Below are positions 26,301-36,031 of a DNA stretch of 49,946 nucleotides, one piece after another. This DNA comes from Girardia tigrina. Its lineage: Eukaryota. A program made the translations under genes and the position numbers. The notes under the pieces are model-generated. The model saw only the letters and a program-made list of their open reading frames with translations. It had not been told where the DNA came from and made no database searches. Each line of letters starts with the position of its first letter. Within the stretch, counting starts at the first letter, position 1. Where the stretch lies: contig MQRK01217243.1 in the NCBI GenBank assembly GCA_001938485.1, positions 1 to 49,946 on the forward strand, written 5' to 3'.

Positions 26301-28087
26301 TATTGTGAAAATAGTATTAATTATTTTTATAATTTTTATTATCATTGATGAATTTAACCACGATATGTCAAAGATGTATATTAGTGCAATATTTTTTTAT
26401 TGACAGATTTATCAGAATCTTTTAACCAAAATCCGTGTTGTTATTCTATAACCTCCACAGCTTTACAGATCGATCCTGACGACTTGCTGTCTTCTAAAAG
26501 AAATCAAGTTGATGAATCAGTTACCTCTTTCAAAATATTGTTACTTAATGAACAATGGTCAAATCATGAAAAACTTGACTCACCGTTGAATCCAACTAAT
26601 GAAAATATATACAAAGTACAGGGTAGTGAACATGCATCAATTCCAAATGATAGTGATCAAGAATTGGAGGAAGATTATTCTCATCAAATTGAATGTCTTA
26701 AAGAAGAAATGCTTATTGATTTTCCTGTTAAAATTCCAGGTATTTTACCACTTTTAGACAATAGCAGGCATAATTCTTGCATTCCATCGGTCTTGAATAG
26801 TTATTTGGAAACTGTAGAATTCACAGAACAACATGAAGAACCCTTGATCGAAAATGAAAATGTTCATGATATTTCAAATAAGAAAAATGAGACATGGAAT
26901 TTAAGCATTAACGAAGTTGCTTCAGAATTAATAAATGGAGTTCTAAGGCATGCGAATATTGTAGTCAAATCTGATAGTATAGTAGACTCAGTGTTAGAGA
27001 ATGTGAAGTATAAGGAGATAATTTATGTAATTGCTGAAGAATTAGTGGATAGTGTTCTATTTGATTCAATAAATAGTGTTGCTTTCCAAAATAAATCTTC
27101 AAATGAAACAGAGGATGACCTTAGTCCTGTTTTGGAACCTGAATCTCCTTTGATTGAAGATTGTGATTATTTTGCTAATTACAGTGATATTATAACACGA
27201 ATTCCAAAAGATCCTCCAGTGTTAAGTTTACCATTAAGTTTACCAAATGAAGAACCAAATGTTGGATTAATATTAACGACAAATGGTGATGAATTAGATA
27301 TAGTTCCTTTATCTCCTATTATTGAGTGTACTGAATCTATTGAAAAATCGCCTGAGTTGTTTTCTGATTCAAAATTAGACAGAGATGGTTTTGAGAAAAA
27401 TGGAAGGAATCAAAGATTTTGTCATTTCGACGACTCTAACTCATCATCGTCATTAAAAGAATTCGAAAGAACAGAAGAGGATTTACTTGATGATAAATGT
27501 CATTTCACTTTCATCACAAAATCGCCTAGTATTGACAATATTAGTCCAGTGAAAGAAACTGCAATAATTGATGAATTAACAGATTTAAGTGAAGCTCATT
27601 CGACTAATAGTATTGCATCTAGTCAACAATGCTCTGTGATATATACATCCCAAAGAGCTGAGTCTTTGCAACAGATCGACTCAGATTCAGCCGCCGGGCT
27701 CGCTATTGATCTACTGACCTCATCATCCAGAACAACCTCAATGAGCTCATCAATAATGCAAATGAGTTGTCATTCAACAGATTCAACAACATTAACAACC
27801 ACAACGACTGGTAGTACTTTAGTTAGAGTATCTCAACCATTCGATGATTTAACATCTCTTTCTGAACAACTTTCTACAGGATGCATGTCGTCAGGTTAGA
27901 TTGGAGTATTGATGGAGTGTCTTTGTCGTCTTGTTTTATGTCTTGAAAATTTTAATCTTTTTATTTGATGTCGTTTTATTATTTGTATTAAAAAATCGAT
28001 TCAGATTTTGTATTTTTTTTTAATGTAAAGCTTTTCTAATCAACGTTAATTTTGTTTTTATTAATTTTAGGGTCTGAGGATCAATAA
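1829..28087 (+). CDS. Ank: Ankyrin (unc-44/Ank2-type), 3' part of a multi-exon gene: ZU5-ZU5-UPA-death domain-acidic tail
   Basis: Phase-consistent GT-AG exon chain: 1829-2345, 2389-2617, 11653-11855, 13905-14032, 17394-17591, 19655-19777, 19822-19923, 19968-20135, 20189-20329, 20383-20463, 20515-20556, then 26407-27894 and 28071-28087 (stop). An alternative terminal exon is 25569-26224. The ankyrin repeats must lie upstream of the window. Confidence 0.9.
2389..2617 (+). CDS. Ank: Ankyrin exon: start of the UPA domain
   Basis: Removing a 43-nt intron (2346-2388) gives VSAR|LWLIDC (canonical VSARFWL.DC), then VPYIGQFVVYGRRHD.EEAQFR...TDDSIDKTLECQENF. Confidence 0.95.
3025..3201. mobile_element. 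hAT-type MITE
   Basis: Terminal inverted repeats TCGGGCAACCAA / TTGGTTGCCCTA, with a perfect 8-bp target duplication GTAATAAC at 3017-3024 and 3202-3209. Confidence 0.85.
3253..3751 (-). mobile_element. 5' fragment of a hAT transposon with a BED zinc finger remnant
   Basis: ISQYFTIDCIETNLTNCNFCGTSIPRGQYGTT resembles the first half of a BED finger. The minus-strand end CAGAGCGG at 3751 is followed by repeated CCGGA subterminal motifs. Confidence 0.6.
6572..9780 (+). mobile_element. Degenerate Ty3/Gypsy LTR retrotransposon (gag remnant, PR, RT, RNase H, IN), 3'-truncated
   Basis: Protease LDTGARVNLI (about 6930); RT ..RMRFGIAAAPATFQ..VYLDDILI; RNase H FILDTDAS; integrase HAG..C..C, IDFCGP, SSPYHHNTNGIIER. 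The PR-RT-RH-IN order is Gypsy-type. Many stops and frameshifts; no 3' LTR seen. Confidence 0.93.
6636..6646 (+). other. Primer-binding site (tRNA-Arg type) of the Gypsy element
   Basis: TGGCGACCACG is complementary to the 3' end (...CGTGGTCG-CCA) of metazoan tRNA-Arg(TCG). It lies just upstream of the gag remnant, after a short TGTTGTG...AATAAA LTR-like stub. Confidence 0.65.
10909..11113. mobile_element. piggyBac-type MITE
   Basis: TTAA|CCCCTTACTGCAT ... ATGCGGTAAGGGG|TTAA, with an internal partial copy of the right TIR near 11056. Confidence 0.85.
11284..11507. mobile_element. piggyBac-type MITE
   Basis: TTAA|CCCATTAAGTA ... TACTTAATGGG|TTAA, with the internal palindrome TGTTCCC-CGAT-GGGAACA. 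Confidence 0.85.
11653..11855 (+). CDS. Ank: Ankyrin exon: UPA domain (not in the ORF track)
   Basis: VLHNRPHWIETAGNLVPVTKTGDQLSMTIEALNENRISFLVRVKDIQQEPKGKL matches the ankyrin UPA consensus (GNLVP.TK.G.QL...F..ENRL...VK..D...EP.GRL). AG at 11651-11652, GT at 11856. Confidence 0.93.
12678..12905. mobile_element. piggyBac-type MITE
   Basis: TTAA|CCTTTTCCAGCCCA ... TGGGCTGGAAAGGG|TTAA, with the subterminal palindrome TGTTGCCATATGGCAACA. Confidence 0.85.
13905..14032 (+). CDS. Ank: Ankyrin exon: end of UPA and linker
   Basis: ANVLGSASAQKPITTLEICLP (compare Q..ICNLNI.LP). The phase-2 acceptor matches the donor at 11856; donor GTATGT at 14033. Confidence 0.88.
14465..14853 (-). mobile_element. 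5'-truncated Penelope-like retroelement with an inverted partial pLTR
   Basis: The minus strand encodes a GIY-YIG C-terminal remnant, HRRYCKGDIN*QHFKLLCTQFKNYWERVTCEALYIRSLD.KINVQSAFSTTLLRVF* (one frameshift), followed by a hammerhead motif. There is a perfect 35-bp inverted repeat at 14465-14499 / 14819-14853. Confidence 0.8.
14482..14520 (-). ncRNA. Minimal type I hammerhead ribozyme
   Basis: Minus strand: GUU CUGACGA U GACGG-UUAAU-CCGUC GAAA UUAA UA^ AAC. Core intact, 5-bp helix II, palindromic helix III (AUUAAU), helix I GUU/AAC. Confidence 0.8.
14937..15760 (-). mobile_element. Degenerate IS630/Tc1-like (DDE_3) transposase
   Basis: VSISTIERVL (HTH), FIFLDE, RNISVVAAMNKYGIL and YLPHYSPFLNPIENV..VWK, frameshifted near 15130-15200. 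Confidence 0.85.
15978..16558 (-). mobile_element. DINE-1-like / Helentron-associated non-autonomous element
   Basis: 12-bp subterminal inverted repeats AGCGCAATTTCC (16010-16021) / GGAAATTGCGCT (16543-16554), a (CATC)n microsatellite at 16487-16503, an AACAAG left terminus and an A-run right terminus. It spans the N gap. Confidence 0.6.
16088..16137. other. Assembly gap (50 N)
   Basis: Run of N, flanked by an identical 45-bp sequence at 16043-16087 and 16151-16195. Confidence 1.
17394..17591 (+). CDS. Ank: Ankyrin exon: death domain, first part
   Basis: DLDLHTLAAQINGDWFKLAEALGI....AYALLLLWKSR has the death-domain pattern (L..IA..LG.DW..LA..LG). Phase-1 splice sites are consistent. Confidence 0.92.
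18370..18990 (-). mobile_element. Old, internally deleted mariner element
   Basis: Minus-strand remnants KRFGESHEDCDDDVEPKRLSIS (compare KRF.EGRE.VEDD.RSGRP.TS) and FCKCFERWKRK*DRCIGTNG*YFE (mariner C-terminus). Confidence 0.65.
19655..20556 (+). CDS. Ank: Ankyrin exon cluster: end of the death domain plus five small acidic tail exons
   Basis: GNELDKALHTIGREDIIKNCLLN completes the death domain. Exons 19655-19777, 19822-19923, 19968-20135, 20189-20329, 20383-20463 and 20515-20556 are joined by 44, 44, 53, 53 and 51-nt phase-1 GT-AG introns, giving a continuous open frame. Confidence 0.85.
21188..21912 (+). mobile_element. Internally deleted Tigger/pogo element with both TIRs
   Basis: TA|CAGTAGATTCTGTTTTTATGC ... 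GCATAAAAAAAGAATCTACTG|TA. DDE_1 remnant FKVILLIDNAPGHP...VFLPSNTTSIFLPLDQGII. Confidence 0.92.
22150..23420 (+). mobile_element. Degenerate Chapaev3-like (CMC superfamily) transposase
   Basis: Colinear remnants VYCNDIEGL, W*LFVNGSVNILKAMLLHKDN, GMLGGYIKY, PP*HVKFGIFKNFFKTLD, LSAAKIKEYVFVG, MSPTIHFLKSH and DEHAERFHETLSILKQRFQGK..MMIDY. These match the LPPLHIKLG...SDEHGERFHQD family, which I recall being classed as Chapaev3. Confidence 0.7.
23684..24453 (-). mobile_element. Internally deleted MULE/Mutator element with TIRs
   Basis: TIR core CGGAAAATTCGTCCCCG at both ends. Near-perfect 9-bp TSD CCTGAAAGG / CCGGAAAGG. Coding remnant WNQY....RTNTYIEGWHRGF..PNKYKFIDVLK (MULE catalytic E motif). 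Confidence 0.88.
24635..24857. mobile_element. piggyBac-type MITE
   Basis: TTAA|CCCTTCGTAAC ... GTTACGAAGGG|TTAA, with a small tandem duplication CTTCGTAACTCAATAGA inside the left end. Confidence 0.85.
25569..26224 (+). CDS. Ank: Probable alternative terminal exon of ankyrin (S/N/D-rich, about 218 codons)
   Basis: The phase-1 acceptor TTAG|GA at 25568/9 fits the donor at 20557. It is a long open frame in very AT-rich DNA, ends ..DWNIATEED*, and has no transposon motifs. Confidence 0.6.
26407..27894 (+). CDS. Ank: Large (1488-nt) acidic S/E/D-rich ankyrin tail exon
   Basis: Phase-1 acceptor ACAG|AT at 26406/7, about 496 uninterrupted codons, phase-1 donor G|GTTAGA at 27895. It splices in frame to 28071 (GSEDQ*). 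Confidence 0.75.
28071..28087 (+). CDS. Ank: Last coding micro-exon of ankyrin (GSEDQ*)
   Basis: Strong polypyrimidine acceptor TTTTAG at 28065-28070, in frame with the upstream exon. TAA at 28085-28087; GTGAGT donor at 28115. Confidence 0.6.
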
Positions 28088-30123
28088 GTAACAATTCAGA
28101 CAATTTGTGCACATGTGAGTTTTATTTTATTCATGTAACTTAAAATGGTTTACTTAAAATAAAATTGTGTTTGAGAACTCGTATAATATGAGTGCTATAG
28201 ATATGCACATTGTAAAAATAATAATTATGACACTCTCATATTGGGTGTGTTTTATAAAGTACTTAGGTTTTCAAAAATGTAATTGTGAGAAGTGGTTGCA
28301 ACCTCAATATCAGGATTCATTTTTTAACACCAAAATTTATATATATAACAATTCACATATTTAAAACAAATTTTCCTGTTAATTTAATTATCTCGACCCA
28401 AATTAATCTATTAAATTCTTTGCGATTTAATTTTTAAAATCCTGAAAATTTATTTTCAAAATTTATTTCAAAGTTTATTTAAAATTGCTTATTAAAAATA
28501 TTTTTATTTATAAATAAATATTTAATATTTTTGTTTTCTTTACATTTTTAATTTTAAGATATTTAATAGATGCATTAAAAGATTTTTTTATTTTTAAATA
28601 GATATTTTATTTTTTATGATTTTCTTTTATTATATCATTTTTAATTTTTTTAAAATATTTAAAAACACATTAAAAATATTTTATTTTTAAAAGCGTTTTT
28701 GATTTTTTAAGTTGTTTTATTACATCATTTTTAATTTTAAAATATTGAATAAGCATATTTACATAAAGATATTTTACCCTTTAAATTAAAAATAATAAAT
28801 TATTCAGGCGAGATAAAAATTTAAATTAACCCCTCATAGTAATAAATCTTCCAAAATCGATTCCAAATTTTACTTTTTATTTAATTTAATTTTACTTATT
28901 ACTTTCTCTAGAAGAAATTGTGGATTATTGAATGTTGTTTCAGCAATGTGGAGCTACCTGGTACCTAAACGAGGAAACTATTACCTTGATTCGTAAAAAA
29001 ACCCTAAGCATCATATTTCGCTTCACCTTTTGAATTGCAGAAAATAATTCTAAAAGAGCGTATAATCAACAAAACAACTAAACTTCACACTCGATACGGT
29101 CTATGCAAAATTGGATGGTTTTGGTATCAGAAAACTATAATTCAGATTTGAACCTAACTTGTGAGATGATGCAAAACAACTTAATTCTTTGTAAGTAACG
29201 TGGATAGACTTTACTGGCAAATATGATTTCGAATAACCATTCACTTGATTGAAATCAAACGTGTATCATTAGAGTAGAAATTTTCTGGAGAGAAATCATC
29301 TTTAAAAATGCAAACATGGACATTCCAGAGACGAGTGACGATGCTTTCCTAGTTATGGTACCAAAAAGCATCATACACATCACTTTGTAGACAAAATCTT
29401 TGAAATAAACTCTATTACAGTGAGATCATTGCAACCTCCAGATAAAAAAGAAAGCAAAGCAACTCACCATTACGGTTCCTACAAAACCCCATTAAGTATT
29501 CTTGATTAAACGCTGGTCGATTACTGATATTTTCAAATCATAGTAAACTGAATTTCAACATGATAAAGACGCAAAACACAGATACAAATTATTCAAGCAG
29601 TACATCGTCAATCAGTAGATTTAGATGGATGAATTTCTGGCAAATAGGCTAAATCTCATTCTGATCGCAAATTTGGATGGAGTTATTTAGGAAAACCTTG
29701 AGCAACGAAAGCCGCGAAAAGTTTATAACTAAAAGACTTTCTGAATGATGAATATGTCAGACCAAATAATTAATAAAAATTGAGAAAATGGTTATTTGAG
29801 TAGTTATTAATAAAGATAAAACTATAATTATAATATTCTTTTAATGTTCAATTTCGTTCTTTAAAATATTTATAATTAAAACTTTACAGACCGCACAATA
29901 TCATGTAACATTACTAACTCTAAAATCTTTTTTAGATAAATTTTTTAAAATACAAAAATCTTTATTGCTTTGTTTCAACTTTTTGTTTAAATATTCGTTA
30001 GCACTTTTATTTAAAGCGTGTTTAAAATTATTAAAATTAATATTATTCAAATAAATAGGATTTGTAACATAAAAACCTAATATTGCCTCAATTTTCGCCT
30101 TAAACTTATTTTTATCAAATCTA

Positions 30124-30320
30124 TTTTTAATAAAGTGTTTAGGGCCAAATCAATTTTCAAACAGCATTCTCAACTAATTTGTTAAGAGTTTTCGATTAGA
30201 CTTGCGTAATTGATTACGTAATCATTCATTTGTTATATAAGAGCAATAAAAAAGAACATAATCAGTGATCTGATGATGACGGTTAAACCGTCGAAATATA
30301 TTATCACGAAATATATTTTT
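30124..30320 (+). mobile_element. 3' fragment of a Penelope-like retroelement
   Basis: Encodes LIKCLGP.INFQTAFSTNLLRVFD*, homologous to INVQSAFSTTLLRVF* of the copy at 14465-14853, followed by a related 3' UTR and a hammerhead motif. Confidence 0.78.
30265..30307 (+). ncRNA. Minimal type I hammerhead ribozyme
   Basis: GUGAU CUGAUGA U GACGG-UUAAA-CCGUC GAAA UAUA UU^ AUCAC. Perfect 5-bp helix I, 5-bp helix II, palindromic helix III (AUAUAU); predicted cleavage after 30302. Confidence 0.85.
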
Positions 30321-32188
30321 AAATGACGTTTATTTGTTTAAAATTATTTATTGCTCGATTTGGATTGTGAAGGTAATAAACGATTGTCTTTCGAACGTAA
30401 TAGATAACTAATGCCAATGGTACTGAAAATCGTTTGCCCTATGTAATAGTTGATTTATCCCGGGTCATTTATTTAAATCAACAGTTAAATTTAACAATAA
30501 ACATATTTAATAATATTATGGTATTAATATTTATTTCTTAATTTCAGATTTAGATTATTCCATTTACAACCGATTGACTTGGATTTATTATTGTTATTTT
30601 GATTATTCTTAATTTGAATTCTTTGAAATTTATTATCATTGTTTATAAATCGTAAAGTTTATCAAGACTCCCTGTTTGAAACATTTTATTAATTTGAGGC
30701 TTTATTTCGTTTGAATCTTTTTTATGTTTTTATTTATCCAAATCTTCTATATATCTTCTGTGATTAAAACTGTGTTGAAGAATCAATTATTTTGGTAGCG
30801 ATAGATAAATCTTCGGTTTATTGAATCTTATTAGATGGATTTATTTGTGTTTAGCGAAAGTGATGTGAGTCTTTGAAAAAACGACAACTGTTGACATTCG
30901 TTGATATTTTGGACTTATTAAAGCAAAAATTTCGATTTTCCTTAGTGTTATTCGTCAATAATCGTTGAGTTTGTATACGTGTAACGCAATGGAAAGAAAA
31001 TTTTGATTTCAGTTTGCTTTAATTTTTTTTATAATTGATGTTATAAAACCGGTTTTGGCTTTATTATTTATTTAACATTTATTGTTCAAAAAAAACTGTG
31101 AATTTTTTGTTGATGTTTATTGAAGAGTATAATGTATAATGAAAACACCATATTGTATTTTTAGTTGCAGCCATGTTATTATTATCATTATTATTTATGA
31201 TGGATTATAGCAAATATACTTGTTTATACATATATATTGCATTGTTGAATCAATTTTCAATTGTTATATTTTTCTTGTAATGTAAGGCCTAATAATTATT
31301 GCAATTAAATAAATTTAAGTAATTACTTATTTCTTCTTAATTTCTGGTCGATTCACAAGGGTATTCATAAGAAAGTGTCAAACGTATTTGAAATGAAAGT
31401 ATAAATTTTTCATAGATTTTTCTAGTCAACTAATTTGGTTATACGATTGCAGTGAATTAGTGTGAATTATTTAAAATGTATTGAGAGCTTTTATTATATT
31501 CGTCTTAAAATATTCAATCATCAGTTTCTGGAATTAATAATGAACTGCCGCGCAAAGACGACTGCAGAATTCAGAAGATTTGTTTTTAAAAGGATTTCTG
31601 AGTTAATGCACTTCATGGAAAGGAAATACATACATTAAAAACTGCATTTTATCTTTGAAAAGTTCACAAAGTCATTCTTTTTCGGGGAGTATGAAAAATT
31701 AATGGTTGAATTAGTTACCTTTTTGAGTAATTATTTAACGTAGCAATGTTCGTGTGAAAAAAAGGTGAATCGTGAATCACAGATATTAATAATGATTAAT
31801 TATAAAGTATAATTAAAAATAATGTTGAAACTTTGGATGATATCCTATTGAAGGTTATTAAAAATATATTACTAAAAGTTGTTGCCATTGAAATATTTTT
31901 TTCAATCTACGGAAACCCAGAATTTAATTCATTTGTCAGGAACAAATTCGCACTCTTATTATCGATTTTATATATCTGTGCCATTTCAGGTTCATTATGG
32001 GCTTAATCAAAGTCAATTAGGAAATATCAGAATCATTTAGGAAACAATAAGAGTAATTTTGTAAAATTTTCGTTCTTTTTGGAAAGAGTCATAATCATTT
32101 GAAAATTTATAAAGAGCATTTCTGGAATTTAATATCAATATCTTTATTTCAAAATAATAACAAACATCATAAAATCGTAATATACCTG

Positions 32189-32321
32189 TGTCGTATTTCC
32201 TTTCAAATAGAAAAGTCAGATTATTGATTTATTAATATACAGAAAATGTTTACAAAGATAATTTGTAATTTCGCCACAAAATGTTTTAATCATTTAAATT
32301 AAAATTTAAAAAATCACCACA
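32189..32321 (-). repeat. 3' LTR (133 bp)
   Basis: Direct repeat of 35908-36031, with about 9 mismatches over the first 110 bp or so plus an indel. PPT adjacent at 32322-32330. Confidence 0.92.
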
Positions 32322-35300
32322 TTCTTCCTCGCTGATTAAATCTCTCATATAGTCCTTTAAATATCCAGGGCTTCTTTTCATACGATGCGGTCGGCCATCA
32401 CCATGGTTTTTTCATTTATACTTCTGTTCCTTTGGTCTCTATTTGGATTTCATCCGTGCTGTTCTCCGCATGCAAAACTGGATTCTGAGTTCCAGAAGGG
32501 TTCCTTGTCAAATGCATTGATGATATCGTGTCCACTCTTTCCGACTTAGGAAAACAAACTTGAACCACATGAAGTGAGATAACATTTTACATTATCACTT
32601 CGTCCGCCAAGTGATTCGATTTGCTTACCCTCTTCATGTTTTTGAGAGAGGCCTCATTCCCAGGGGCGACCCATGATGGCAAACTTGCTTTTACTTTTCC
32701 TGGAATCCAATCTGCGCCGGAATCCAAAAAATTATTTCATGTGGATTTTCCATCCCAATTGCTCTTGATGGAAGGGCTCTAATGTTCATAACTGCTCGTT
32801 GAAGCTCACTCGTCCACTCGACAAGTGGTCTACGGGCTTGGCGCAGTTTCAACTGAACAGTTTTTCATATGACTTCATTGAGGCATTCACACTGACCATT
32901 TTCCGCGGGATGGTACGGAGTTGTTCTCATTTTATTGATATTCCAAGTTTTGAGGAAATCAGCAAATGCCCGACTTTCAAATTGGCACCCTTTGTCACTT
33001 TGGATTTTGCATGGTGGACCAAAGGTTGTAAACAGCTCTTCCAAACACTGAATGACAGTGTCTGTCGACATTCGGCACAGAGAACGCAAATGGAAATCTT
33101 GAGAATTCATCAATAACCGTTGGAATATAAGATTTTCCACGAGATAGCTCTTTTGGGCCCATAAAGTCAATCGATATTCTTTGCCATGGTCGTTTTGAAA
33201 GCACTAGTTTCAGATCTGGTATTTTGATAAACTTGGGTTTGAGTTTCGCACATATTCGGTATTGTCGGATGCATTATTGAACTACTTTTCGAGTATATTT
33301 AATTTAGAATTTACTTTCGATGTACTTTGTCAACCTTCCAATCCCCGGATGTCCCATTTGTTCATGTATAGATTTCACAATGACAGAAATCTCATCAGAA
33401 ACACTCATTTTTTCTAGTAAACCCGTTGAGCATACATGACTGAGAGCATCCGCTACTCGATTTGCAGACCCTGACCTATACTTTATCTCAAAGTCAATCT
33501 CAGCCAATCTGATTCGCCACCGTTCCATTTTTGCATTTTTCACTCCTCCTTTGGGTCTGCCATCAAAAGGATAAGCAATAGAAAGGTCGGATGTGCTCTA
33601 CTACCGCTACAATGGCGAATGCTTCTTGTTCCACAGCTGGCCAATCACTCTCTACTTGATCCAATCTACGAGAGAAAAAAAAGAAATAGGATGCCCTTCT
33701 TGAGACAACAGTGTACCAATTGATTGAGCGGATGCATCTTTTTTCTAAAACTGAAAATCCATTTTCTTTAGGAATCACCAATGATGCTGAGCCAATTTCC
33801 TGCTTGAGAATAGTGATGGCTTGCTTGCATATGTCACTTAGAGGAAATAATTTCTTAGCTTTCGCCTCATACAAAGGTTCTGCATTTCTCGAAAAGTCTT
33901 TCACCCACTTTGCATAGTACACCAACATTCCATTAAGTCTATCCAATTGTTTTAGGCTTTGAGGATCTAGAAACTTTAACAGATGGGTCAACCGACTTTT
34001 ATCTGGTAACATCTTACCATTTTCGAATGTATGTCCAAGGAAATTCATCCTGGTCTGAGCCAGTAATAATTTTGCTAAATTTATGGTTAGATTGATCTCG
34101 TTTCCTTTAATGAGAAAGGCTTTCAAATTACTATCATGCTCTTCGCGTGATCTGCCACAGAGGAACACGTCGTCAAAATAACACATTACACCAGGTAAGC
34201 CAGCCACAATGTGACTCATAGTTCTACAAAAAGCTACCACACCGTTTTTAACTCCAAACGGTAGTCTCGTAAACTGCCAAAGATTACCATCAACCTCAAA
34301 AGCCGTTAATGGTTGTTCACTCTTCACTAACGGTAACTAGTGGTACGCTGCACGAAGGTCTAACGAACTGTAACAGTTGTATCCATGAAGTTTTTTCAAC
34401 GTTACCAGAATCAGTGGAACCGGGAATGCATCATGTTCAGTAAACCAATTAATTGTAGTAGCGTAATCAACAGCCAATCTTTTCTTTCCTCCATGTCCGT
34501 TCACTACCACTACTTGCGATTGCCATTGAGATTTTGATTCCACAATGATGCCTTCGGATAACATTCGTTTAACCTCTGATTGAATAAAGTTCTGGTCAAC
34601 TTTCGATCTGTATCTTGAAGGTGTGCACACTGGCTGTATTGTTGGTATAAACGTGCCCAACGAAACTGGGTCCATCCGTAAACTCTTCTGACAATATCGT
34701 CATAGTGCTAGTAACGTGCAGTAGCGGGAATGAACCAGGAAGATATATATGAAGTCCACTGAAATTTCCAAGTATATCCATACTCAAAACTGCTTCTTCG
34801 GCCAACCTGGTTGCTATAAATACTTCTGCATCCACGAAAGCTTCTTTCAATTCCATAACAATAGATCCCTTTCCAACAATTGCAATTTGTATTCCATCAA
34901 CAGTGACTTTACACAACTTTTTACTATAGGCATGCCCAGACTCTTTGCGAGCTTCATGGAAATGATGGAAATTTCACTATCACTGTCCAGGAGCCATCAA
35001 ATGCGTCTACCCATTATCGTGGAAGACACATACTTCCGATTAGCTCTAAGTGTCAGAATACTAGCAATAATGCCTGAACTCTGAATAGTTGAATACCTTG
35101 CTTGACGACAGACTCTCTTGAAATGACTCATAATATTTCATTTGTAACCGATTTTCTGTGAGGCAGGACAATCTTGATGAGAGTGACTAACTAATGAACC
35201 ACACCATGTACATCCTTGGCGCAATCCTCAGTTTTGCTTCTCCATGATGTCCCTGCTGACATGAATTTGAACTCCATTAGTGCATCGATTGGTTTGGACG

Positions 35301-35907
35301 AAGCCACGATATTGAAGATGCTATTCTGTTTATTTTGTTTACAGCTTCTAATAGTGAATCTAGCGGCTTCCTTACGTTCTGCTACAGCAATAGCATCCTT
35401 CAAATCGAACTTCTTTTTGGCTTTGTCTCTCGCTGCAAATTCTTTACAAACTGTTGCTTGAGTTCCTAGATCTCGCAAGCCCCGACCAAATGAATCCCGT
35501 AATGCCCCGTCTTCGAAATTTGCTGGAAATTTACAATATTTCAATAAGGACCGTAGTTGACTCACATAGTCATGGATGGATTGCTCAGGCAACTGCTGAC
35601 ACGTATAAAGCTTGATCCGTTCTGAGAATACGTTCTTGTCAGCACACAATTTGGAGTGTAAAATTCGATAGCCGGGAGTGCAAGGTGACCTTAGCTGCTG
35701 TTTGTCAGTCGCTCCTACGTCTCTTCATAATAACTGGCCAACTGATCCCCAACGCACAACAGGAGTGTGTCTAATTTGTCATCTTCTGCAACTTCTGCCA
35801 ACCTAAGGAAACAATCGAAACGACAAATGAATTTTTCAAAACCCGATGCAGTAAGATCCATCAGCTGAGGAGGATTAAATTTGGCTATCATTGTTTGTTT
35901 ATTAAAT

Positions 35908-36031
35908 TGTCGCATATCCCTTCAAATAGGAAAGTCAGATTATTGATTTATTAATGTACAGAAAATGTTTACAAAGATAATTTGTAATTTCGCTGCAAAA
36001 TGATTAAATCATTTAAACAATCATCACAACA
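35908..36031 (-). repeat. 5' LTR (124 bp)
   Basis: Direct repeat of 32189-32321 with TGT...ACA termini. Confidence 0.92.

Larger units (their letters stand above)
32189..36031 (-). mobile_element. Full-length but degenerate Ty3/Gypsy LTR retrotransposon (Mag-like clade)
   Basis: Two TG...CA LTRs; gag with two zinc-knuckle remnants (CTWCGSLVSHSHQDCPA..GYK*NIMSHFKRVCR); PR remnant near 34990; RT (WQFTRLPFGVKNG, CYFDDV); RNase H; IN (HEQMGHPG, RPWQRISIDFMGP, SDKG.QF, TTPYHPAENGQCE). A polypurine tract GAGGAAGAA abuts the 3' LTR. Confidence 0.93.
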
